DNA of 64,000 nucleotides from Candidatus Eremiobacteria bacterium (GTDB lineage: Bacteria > Vulcanimicrobiota > Vulcanimicrobiia > Vulcanimicrobiales > Vulcanimicrobiaceae), in contig CAVTRC010000002.1 in NCBI GenBank assembly GCA_963737065.1, positions 352,001 to 416,000 on the forward strand, written 5' to 3'. A model generated the notes under the pieces. That model ran no database searches. It was not told the origin of the DNA and saw nothing but the letters and a program-made list of their open reading frames with translations. A program made the position numbers and the translations under genes. Below, one piece after another: positions 54,510 to 64,000 of the stretch (positions within the stretch are counted from its first letter, which is position 1; every line of letters begins with the position of its first letter).

Positions 54510-54991
54510 GCGAACGTCTTTCGCATGAGGATGGTGTCCCATACATGACCCGACTTGCGCCGGACGTCGTTCGAATAGCGTTCGATTTCGCGAAACCCCG
54601 TCGAGCGATAGAGGCGTAACGCGCGTTCATTGTGCGGGAAGACGAGCAGCGAAAGTTCCTTGATTTCGCGTCCCTTGGCCCACGTGAACAGGCGCTCCAG
54701 TAGCGCGCGGCCGATACCGAGCCCACGGCGCGACTCGTCGACCATCATGCCGAGCGTCCAACCGTACTCGACGTGCTCGTACGTCGTCATCAAGGCGATC
54801 ATGTGATCGCCGTCTTCCGCGACGAACATCGCGTTACCGAGAGCGAGCGCGCGGCCGAACATGCCGGCGTAGTGACGCCGGTCGAAGCCGGGTTCTGTCC
54901 CGATCCATAACCGCTCGGCCGCGACGCGCTCGAAGAGCGCAAGCGCGCGATCGATATCCGCAACCGACATGTCGCGAATCGTACAGTTCAT
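54506..54991 (-). CDS. GNAT family acetyltransferase
   Basis: RRGLGIGRALL, NERALRLYRSTGF. Confidence 0.9.
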   Translation of the reverse strand: MNCTIRDMSVADIDRALALFERVAAERLWIGTEPGFDRRHYAGMFGRALALGNAMFVAEDGDHMIALMTTYEHVEYGWTLGMMVDESRRGLGIGRALLERLFTWAKGREIKELSLLVFPHNERALRLYRSTGFREIERYSNDVRRKSGHVWDTILMRKTFA

Positions 54992-55182
54992 CTCCCGCCG
55001 ATTCTCGCACTGTTCCCGCCCGCCCGCTGCCGCCGCACTTGCCGGCTTGTCTGCTTGAGCCGCGGGTAGAATGGAACCGAATTGATTGCCCCTAAGTCAT
55101 AGTATGGGGGTGATTGGCCCCGCTTTAATCTGAAGAGGCCCGTAGACGGGCTCCAGGACGCTGAGAGGAAGTTATAAAGTAC

Positions 55183-56748
55183 GTGACGACTACGCTCGAT
55201 CGTATCGCGCCGTTCAAAAACGAAGCAGTTAAGAATTTTTCCGATCCGGCAGATGCGGCTCAAATGCAGGCTGCGATTGCCGCAGTCCGCAACCGCTTCA
55301 ACGAACATTATCCGCTCGTGATCGATGGCCAGAAGATCGAAACCGAGAAGAAGATTCGCTCGATTAATCCCGCAAATCCCGATGACGTCGTCGGCCTGAC
55401 GAGTTCCGCGAGCAAAGATCAGGCGGAACAAGCGATTGCGGCTGCTGCGCGCGCGTTCGAGTCGTGGAAGCGCACACCGCCGGAAGAGCGCGCTTCGTAT
55501 TTGTTCAAGGCCGCCGAGCTGATCCGTCAGCGCCGTTTCCACTACGATGCACTGCTCGTGCTCGAAGTCGGAAAAACGTGGCCCGAAGCGGACGGTGATG
55601 TCGCCGAAGCGATCGACTTCCTCGAATATTACGGACGAGAGATGTTGCGCTACGCGCAGCCGCACGCCGTCGTTCCGATCGACGGCGAGCAGAATGAAAT
55701 GGTGTACATCCCGCTCGGCGTCGGTGCGGTGATTCCGCCATGGAACTTTGCCGCCGCCATCATGATCGGGATGACCGCCGCTGCAATCGTCACCGGCAAT
55801 ACGGTCGTGCTCAAACCCTCGAGCGACTCCGCAATTATCGCGGCGTGGTTCGTCGATCTGCTGCATGAAATCGGCTTGCCGAACGGCGTGGTAAATTTCG
55901 TTCCCGGGTCGGGAAGCGTGATCGGTGACTTGATCGTCTCGCATCCGCAGGTTCGCTTCATCTCGTTCACCGGTTCCAAAGAAGTCGGTTTGCATATCAA
56001 CGAACTGGCCGCGAAACCGCAACCGGGACAGAAGTGGATAAAGCGTGTCGTTGCAGAGATGGGGGGCAAAGATTCGATCGTCGTTGCCGCCGACGCCGAC
56101 GTCGACGCCGCAGTCGAAGGCGTCGCGGTTTCGGCGTTCGGCTTTCAGGGGCAGAAGTGTTCGGCGTGTTCGCGTGCGATTGTCGAAGAGAAAATTTACG
56201 ATGAATTTCTCGCCAAGCTCAAAGCGCGCGTCGCGAAGATTTCGGTTGGCGATCCGACGGACCCGAAGAACTACATGGGACCGGTGGTCAACGAAGGCGC
56301 ACTGAAGTCGATCAGCGAGTACATCGAAGTCGGCAAGAAAGAAGGCCGTTTGGTCGCCGGCGGCGGTCGTGTCGGCGACAAAGGGTACTTCCTCGAACCG
56401 ACTGTTATTGCAGACGTCGATCCGCACGCCCGTATTTCCCAGGAGGAAATTTTTGGCCCCGTTCTCGCTGTAATCAAGGCGAAGGACTTCGACGAAGCGA
56501 TGGAGATCGCGAACAACACCGAGTTCGGCTTAACCGGTTCCCTCTATACGAACGACGATCAGAAAATCAAGCGCGCGAAGGAAGATTTCTTCGTGGGCAA
56601 TCTCTACTTCAACCGCAAGAGTACGGGCGCATTCGTCGGCGTTCATCCGTTCGGCGGATTCAACATGTCGGGCACCGACAGTAAGGCGGGCGGTCCCGAC
56701 TACTTGCTGCTCTTCATGCAGGCGAAATCGATTTCGCGTAAAGTGTAG
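55183..56748 (+). CDS. pruA: L-glutamate gamma-semialdehyde (P5C) dehydrogenase
   Basis: PFKNE, EAIDFLEYY, AEMGGKD, FQGQKCSACSR, SKAGGPDYL. Confidence 0.93.
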   Translation: MTTTLDRIAPFKNEAVKNFSDPADAAQMQAAIAAVRNRFNEHYPLVIDGQKIETEKKIRSINPANPDDVVGLTSSASKDQAEQAIAAAARAFESWKRTPPEERASYLFKAAELIRQRRFHYDALLVLEVGKTWPEADGDVAEAIDFLEYYGREMLRYAQPHAVVPIDGEQNEMVYIPLGVGAVIPPWNFAAAIMIGMTAAAIVTGNTVVLKPSSDSAIIAAWFVDLLHEIGLPNGVVNFVPGSGSVIGDLIVSHPQVRFISFTGSKEVGLHINELAAKPQPGQKWIKRVVAEMGGKDSIVVAADADVDAAVEGVAVSAFGFQGQKCSACSRAIVEEKIYDEFLAKLKARVAKISVGDPTDPKNYMGPVVNEGALKSISEYIEVGKKEGRLVAGGGRVGDKGYFLEPTVIADVDPHARISQEEIFGPVLAVIKAKDFDEAMEIANNTEFGLTGSLYTNDDQKIKRAKEDFFVGNLYFNRKSTGAFVGVHPFGGFNMSGTDSKAGGPDYLLLFMQAKSISRKV

Positions 56749-56751
56749 CCC

Positions 56752-57924
56752 TTGCGGGAGCTGCGTTTGATTGCCAAGGCGGACCGTCGGGTCCGCCTTG
56801 GTCATAATTGGGTCTTTTCCAATGAAATCGACAGCGCGATAACGCCGCTCCCGGCGTTCGCGCCTGGTGAAATCGCGCGTGTGGTCGACGCCGGCCGGCA
56901 TCCCGTCGGACTCGCATACGTCAATCCCAACGCATTGATCGCCGCGCGCGTTCTAACGCGCGACGTCCGGGCGACGATCGATGCACGATGGATTGCGCAG
57001 CGGCTTTGCCGCGCGCTGGAGGTGCGAAAGAACGTCTATCCGGCCCCGTATTATCGCATGGTCTACGGTGAATCCGACGGCCTGCCGGGCATCGTCGTCG
57101 ATCGCTACGGCGACGTCTGTGTCGCGCAACTCAATACCGCCGGCGCGGTCGCGCTTCGTGAAGCGTTCGTCAGCGCGATCACGGACGTGATCGCACCAAA
57201 AGGGCTGCTCCTCCGCAACGCCGGGTCAACGCGCGCGCTCGAAGGTATCGAACCACTCGATAACCCGCTCGGCGATGTTCCCGACCGTATCGACGTCATC
57301 GAAGGCGATATGCGGATCTCCGCGCCGTTGCGCACCGGGCAAAAAACGGGATATTTTTACGATCAGCGCGACAATCGCATGCGCTTGCGGCGTTACGTCA
57401 AACCGGGCGATCGCGTGTTGGACGTGTTTTCATATGTTGGCGCGTGGGCGGTTTCCGCGTATATGGCCGGTGCGGCCGAAGTCACGTGCATAGATACGTC
57501 GGAAATCGCCCTGGAATACGCCGACGAGAATGCGCGTAAACTTGGAAAAGAGATCGACGGCGTTGCCGGCGACGCGCTCGACGTCATGCGCGGTTTGCAT
57601 AGCGAACGCCGCCGCTACGACGTCGTCGTTCTGGACCCGCCGGCGTTGATCAAGCGGCGCAAAGACGTTTCGCTCGGCGAACGCCACTATCTCAGGTTGC
57701 ACGACGCTGCGTTTCGGCTCTTGAAGGCAGACGGCATTCTCGTCAGCGCATCGTGCTCTCATCATCTTGCCGTCGAGCGGTTGCAGCGGATTGCACTTGA
57801 CGCCGCGCACGATACCGGCCGCCGTCTACAAATACTAGAGCGGCATGCGCACGCGCCCGATCACCCGATTCATCCCGCGATGCCGGAAACCGAGTATTTG
57901 AAAGCGCTGTTCTTGCGCGCCTAA
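56752..57924 (+). CDS. RlmI-like class I SAM-dependent rRNA methyltransferase
   Basis: PUA-like GHNWVFSNEI, GQKTGYFYDQR, LDPPA, SCS. Confidence 0.9.
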   Translation: MRELRLIAKADRRVRLGHNWVFSNEIDSAITPLPAFAPGEIARVVDAGRHPVGLAYVNPNALIAARVLTRDVRATIDARWIAQRLCRALEVRKNVYPAPYYRMVYGESDGLPGIVVDRYGDVCVAQLNTAGAVALREAFVSAITDVIAPKGLLLRNAGSTRALEGIEPLDNPLGDVPDRIDVIEGDMRISAPLRTGQKTGYFYDQRDNRMRLRRYVKPGDRVLDVFSYVGAWAVSAYMAGAAEVTCIDTSEIALEYADENARKLGKEIDGVAGDALDVMRGLHSERRRYDVVVLDPPALIKRRKDVSLGERHYLRLHDAAFRLLKADGILVSASCSHHLAVERLQRIALDAAHDTGRRLQILERHAHAPDHPIHPAMPETEYLKALFLRA

Positions 57925-58098
57925 CGCGCAAGAATGGCAGTACCGGTCGAACGTCCGGCTCTCGACTGAGCGGCACAATGACGTGGTCAATGTATCAAAC
58001 AAAATGCAAGTGCGGCATCGCCGTCGCGTGACGTCATCCGGATCACGTCGTGCTCGCCGCACGCGCAGCGTATGGAGCCGAGCGATCCACGGCAGCAC

Positions 58099-58467
58099 TT
58101 ATGCGGGATCGTGGACGATCTCGAACTTGTTTCCGTCGCAATCTTCGAAGAAAACAGCGTAGTAATCGTCCGCGTATTCGGGATGGATCGCGGGTCCCTC
58201 GACATTTCGCGCTCCCGCATCGATCGCCGCGCGCGCGGCGTGGTCGACATCGGATGTTTTCGCGACTGCGAATGCGATACGCATCGCGCCCGCACGAACC
58301 GGCGTCTCGTCTTCAATGAATCCGATCGCCGGCCGCGCGCCATTGCGCCAGTACGAAACGAAATCGTCCTCTTCAGTTCGCACCGCGTAGCCTATGACCG
58401 GCATAAAGGCGTCGAGTAGTTTGCGTGAGGCGGGAATGTTTCTCACATGGACGTCCACGTGATGCAT
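58099..58467 (-). CDS. VOC/glyoxalase family protein
   Basis: HVDVHV, IAFAV, YYAVFFEDCDGNKFEIV. Confidence 0.9.
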   Translation of the reverse strand: MHHVDVHVRNIPASRKLLDAFMPVIGYAVRTEEDDFVSYWRNGARPAIGFIEDETPVRAGAMRIAFAVAKTSDVDHAARAAIDAGARNVEGPAIHPEYADDYYAVFFEDCDGNKFEIVHDPA

Positions 58468-58601
58468 CAGAAGATACCCGTTCCCGGTACGTGGACGCCC
58501 CAGCCGTCGAACACGCGGCCGTCGACGCTGCGATCGGCGCGGTCGATCCTGACGTCGACAGAGGTGCGTACGAGCGGGAAAGCCCGGCGGGCGATGATCA
58601 T
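58467..58601 (-). CDS. Unannotated 44-aa small protein
   Basis: MIIARRAFPLVRTSVDVRIDRADRSVDGRVFDGWGVHVPGTGIF; GGAG RBS; TGATG coupling to the VOC gene. Confidence 0.6.
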   Translation of the reverse strand: MIIARRAFPLVRTSVDVRIDRADRSVDGRVFDGWGVHVPGTGIF

Positions 58602-58621
58602 TTTTCTTTACTCCAATCTAG

Positions 58622-58662
58622 TAACCGCTGAAGATCATAAGCCGGTTATGGTAACTTGTCAA
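58622..58662 (-). promoter_or_regulatory. Sigma70 promoter with overlapping inverted repeat
   Basis: Minus-strand TTGACA-17-TATGAT; TAACC-N17-GGTTA at 58622-58648. Confidence 0.7.
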
Positions 58663-58694
58663 TAAGCTTTGATGGTGCTATTTTTAGTGAACCG

Positions 58695-59276
58695 ATGGGC
58701 AAAGACTATAGCGCGCCCGGTGCACTAGAGCTTGTGCGCGGGTTCGTTAATTCGCTCGACGCCGACGACCCGGAGCGCGACCCGTTCGTTACCGCGGAGG
58801 GTGCGCGAAAATGGCTGACGGAACACGGCTTGAACGCTGCCGTCGATGATGACGCACAACGCGCAAGCATCCGCGCGCTCCGTGAAGCTCTGCGTGCGGA
58901 ATTGCTCGCGCATACCGGCGCGGAGGATGGGCGCGCAACGTGGGAGCGGCTTGCAACCCATCTCGACGGAACCGGGTTACAAGTAACGTTCGACTCCGCA
59001 CGGAGCATGACGTTGGAGCCGCCGGCGGCGGTTGACGCGGTGATGTCGTTACGGGCAGCGATCGCGTCGCGCGTCTATGATGCGGTGCGGAGTGACCGGT
59101 GGCGCCGCCTCAAAGCGTGCCGGAAAGAAAGCTGCTTGTTTGCTTTCTACGACCGGTCGAAGAACGGTTCAGGCACCTGGTGCGACATGGCGGTGTGCGG
59201 CAATCGCGCGAAAGCGCAACGCCGGCGGACACGCGAACGGACTCCGATCGCGCAAAAATCACCCCAGTCTGCCTAG
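58695..59276 (+). CDS. ABATE/CGNR zinc-finger protein
   Basis: FVNS...RLKACRKESCLFAFYDRSKN...WCDMAVCGNRAK. Confidence 0.93.
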   Translation: MGKDYSAPGALELVRGFVNSLDADDPERDPFVTAEGARKWLTEHGLNAAVDDDAQRASIRALREALRAELLAHTGAEDGRATWERLATHLDGTGLQVTFDSARSMTLEPPAAVDAVMSLRAAIASRVYDAVRSDRWRRLKACRKESCLFAFYDRSKNGSGTWCDMAVCGNRAKAQRRRTRERTPIAQKSPQSA

Positions 59277-59366
59277 TATCAGACGGGGCCGTGTGGTACT
59301 CTAATAGTCCGGGCCTAATGGGGTCTGCGACGTTTTCTGCCGGTGCAAAATACTTCGCAACCGCGC

Positions 59367-59395
59367 TTGACACCGAATACCGGCGGCGATACTAT
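59367..59395 (+). promoter_or_regulatory. rRNA operon promoter
   Basis: TTGACA-17-TACTAT. Confidence 0.75.
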
Positions 59396-59471
59396 AGCCG
59401 TCGTGGCTTGAGCGCCCTGCCGTGAAGACGCGATCCAATGATGTGCGTCTAGCGTTGAGGCAGCCGAGTTC

Positions 59472-59485
59472 GCTCCTTGAAAACT
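59472..59485 (+). promoter_or_regulatory. rrn leader boxA / 16S processing-stem arm
   Basis: GCTCCTTGAAAACT; the adjoining CTGAACAGTGCAG is complementary to ITS CTGCACTGTTCAG. Confidence 0.7.
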
Positions 59486-59690
59486 GAACAGTGCAGCAGC
59501 AAATAAGTCTGTGGGTCTCCGACCTCTTATAGACAAGGTCAAATTCGTTTGATCAAGTCTTTTGAGATTCGCGAGAACGTACAATTTCTTGTTGTTACGA
59601 TCGGAAGATCGTAGCGTTGCGATTTCGCAGTCGCAGCTGAAAAAACACAGCGAAGATTAGAGCCATGTTTATCATGCGCTCCATAAATTT

Positions 59691-61201
<1,511 letters not shown>

Positions 61202-61382
61202 CATGCGGATGAACTTCACTTCGTGAAGTTGCATCTTGCGTATTCATTCTAAGTCGACCACAGACGATGCTATTGAAAACACCGACATGACATCGCGAAC
61301 GTCGTTCGCTTTGGGAATCGGTGGCCAAGGGATCTAGCCGGACTACGTGTCCGTATGGTCAGAGGTCATAGCGCCGATCCGT

Positions 61383-61405
61383 GTCATCCTGAGCTTGTCG
61401 AAGGA
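61383..61405 (+). repeat. Short REP-like unit in the ITS
   Basis: GTCATCCTGAGCTTGTCGAAGGA; its reverse complement resembles 33386-33412. Confidence 0.55.
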
Positions 61406-61579
61406 TCGCACTCGATTGGTTTTTGCGGCTCCCGCAACGGGGGTCTCCGCAAGGACTGCACTGTTCAGCTTTGAGGGAACGAACCTCGCGCCGAGTTCGA
61501 CGTTCTGCGTTCGACTCGATTCGTGAGCTCGTCAGCCCGAAGCCATTTCGTATTGTTGCAGCCTTCGCTAACGGTAGGA

Positions 61580-61681
61580 TTTCAAAGATCTCGCCGCGGA
61601 GCGCAAGGAGCGACCCACCGAAGCGATCTTAGGATCGTGAGGTGGGACGCGACGCGGCGATCGATGGTGAGATCTTTGAAA
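61580..61681 (+). repeat. Structured repeat family 1, copy D (ITS); 3' arm overlaps the spacer boxA
   Basis: TTTCAAAGATCTCGCC/GGTGAGATCTTTGAAA flanking AAGGAG..GAAG-CGATC-ttag-GATCG-TGA..CGACG. Confidence 0.65.
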
Positions 61682-62296
61682 ACTGTATAGAGAAGAACTT
61701 TCATGTGCCAAACATGAAAGCGGCCAACGAATTTGTAACCTGAATTCGTTGGTGCAATTTTGCGTAATTAGTCGAAATAATTAAGGGCATGCAGGTGGAT
61801 ACCTTGGTTCCACAGGCGATGAAGGACGTGCAAAGCTGCGATAAGCATCGGGGAGCTGCTAAGAAGCGATGATCCGGTGATTTCCGAATGGGGCAACCCC
61901 CATGCCGTCATGGGCATGGACTCCACGATGAATTCAATAGTCGTGAGAGAGCGCACCCGGTGAACTGAAACATCTAAGTAGCCGGAGGAAAAGACATCAA
62001 ACGAGATTCCCGTAGTAGTGGCGAGCGAACTGGGAACAGCCTAAACCGTTCATGTGCAAGCGTTCGGGCGTTGCATGAGCGGGGTTGTACGACAACCATC
62101 TCAGAGCCGAATCTCTGGGCGCAAGTTATCAAATCGGTCGATAGTAGAAGCCGGCTGGAAAGCCGCACCACAGAGGGTGAAAGTCCTGTAGACAAAATCG
62201 ATCGGTCTTGCGGTGTTGTTCGTGAGTAAGGCGGGGCACGAGAAACCCTGTCTGAAGCTGGGAGGACCATCTTCCAAGGCTAAATATTCTGTGGAA

Positions 62297-62342
<46 letters not shown>

Positions 62343-63021
62343 TGAGGGGAGTGAAATAGAACATGAAACCGCGTGCCTACAAACCGTGAAAGGCCCATGC
62401 GTAAGCAAGGCTGATCGCGTGCCTATTGAAGAATGAACCTGCGAGTTACTTGTAACGGGCTTGGTTAAGGTGTTGAGCCGGAGCCGTAGCGAAAGCGAGT
62501 CTGAATAGGGCGTTCGTCCGTTGCAGTAGACCCGAAACTAGGTGATCTATCCATGGCCAGGGTGAAGCGTGATTAACCTCACGTGGAGGCCCGAACCTGT
62601 TGTTGTTGAAAAAACATTGGATGAGCTGTGGATAGGGGTGAAAAGCCAATCGAACCTAGAGATAGCTGGTTCTCCCCGAAATAGTTTGAGGACTAGCGTT
62701 ACGCGTTAACCCACGGGGGTAGAGCACTGACAGGGCTAGGGGTCTTACCAGACTACCGAACCCCATCAAACTCCGAATACCGTGGCGTATTGCGTAGCAG
62801 TCACACTGTGGGGGATAAGCTCCATGGTGAAAAGGGAAACAGCCCAGATCAACAGCTAAGGTCCCTAATATATGCTCAGTGGTAAAGGAAGTCTCGTCGC
62901 ACAGACAACTAGGAGGTTGGCTTAGAAGCAGCCACCCTTAAAAGAGTGCGTAATAGCTCACTAGTCGAGTGATGGGGCGCCGAAAATGTAACGGGGCTCA
63001 AGCATATAACCGAAGCTTTGG

Positions 63022-63152
63022 GATTAGTTTTAAACTCCTGGTACTTCTGATTTAGTTCAGATTCGCGATTGTCGATTGCCGTGGTGTACAGTGCGTACAC
63101 AAGGCAGTCGACAATCGCGAATCTGGGCTAAATCAGGAGTATCAGGCTAATC
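63022..63152 (+). other. Intervening sequence at 23S helix 45
   Basis: 44-bp uninterrupted stem between CCGAAGC and GGTAGGGGAGCG. Confidence 0.85.
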
Positions 63153-63386
63153 GGTAGGGGAGCGTTGTGGCGTAGGCTGAAGCACGACCGTGAGGACGTG
63201 TGGACGAACCACAAGTGCGAATGCAGGTATAAGTAGCGACAAATGCGGGTGAGAACCCCGCACGCCGGAAGTCTAAGGTTTCCTGAGCAACGTCAATCGT
63301 CTCAGGGTGAGTCGGGAGCTAAGCCGAGGCTGAGAAGCGTAGGCGATGCACAAGCAGTTCATATTCTGCTACCACCGATGACCGTT

Positions 63387-63563
63387 TAGACTTTGATGGA
63401 CTCTGTAGTGTATACGATCGTCCTCTGTGAGTTGCAAAAGCTCGCGGAGAATTTTCGTTCAGATCTAGGAGCGACGAAGGATCGATCTATCGATCGAGAC
63501 TTAGGAGCAACGACGAGCTGGGCGAAGAGGCGACGCAGCCACCGCAGCGCCTATCAAAGTCTA
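63387..63563 (+). other. ~177-nt insertion in 23S domain III (helix 54-55 region), containing repeat family 1 copy E
   Basis: Bounded by TAGACTTTGATGG/CTATCAAAGTCTA; flanks rejoin as normal 23S sequence. Confidence 0.8.
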
Positions 63564-64000
63564 TGAAATGATGGGGTGACGCAGGAGGATAGATCAGCGC
63601 CCGGATGGATGTGGGCGTTTAAGCTGGTAGGCCGTAACGTAGGTAAATCCGCGTTGCAAGGCCGAGAAGCGAATACGAGGCTCTTTGAGCCGAAGTGATC
63701 GACTCCACGCTGCCAAGAAAAGCCTCTAATAAGGATCATAGGTGCCCGTACCGTACACCGACACAGGTAGACTGGCAGAGCATGCTAAGGCGACGAGAGA
63801 ATCCCTGTTAAGGAACTCGGCAAATTGACCCCGTAACTTTGGGAGAAGGGGTGCCACCTTTGGTGAAGTGTTTACCACGTAAGCTGAGGGTGGTCGCAGA
63901 GAATAGGTCCAAGCGACTGTTTAACAAAAACACAGGTCTCTGCGAATGCGAAAGCAGACGTATAGGGGCTGACTCCTGCCCGGTGCTGGAAGGTTAAAAG

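Overview
GC-rich bacterial chromosome segment; the gene families and 16S sequence suggest Candidatus Eremiobacterota/Vulcanimicrobiota (inference, not searched). It carries the core translation cluster (rpsL-rpsG-fusA-tuf-rpsJ; rplC...rpsM; rpsK-rpsD-rpoA-rplQ), trpDCFBA, and the start of an rRNA operon (16S, tRNA-less ITS, 5' part of 23S). The r-protein cluster is split twice by ~9-kb blocks of unrelated genes (rpsJ|rplC and rpsM|rpsK). Each block contains an IS remnant and members of an unnamed secreted two-Cys domain family, and each downstream half has its own sigma70-like promoter. The strongest non-annotated signals are in non-coding RNA space. (1) A covarying ~80-105-nt structured element occurs five times: three r-protein spacers, the ITS, and inside a 23S insertion. 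(2) A second covarying element precedes rpsJ and rpmJ. (3) A boxA-like site lies in the leader of rpsJ (NusE). (4) The 23S gene has two large insertions. (5) Palindromic repeats are translated in frame inside L15 and L4. Other leads are a divergent intact/degenerate HIT pair, an unannotated 44-aa ORF opposite a CGNR regulator, tandem stalk-plus-beta-barrel envelope proteins, and a riboswitch-like leader on an EamA gene. All calls were made by eye; no searches were run.
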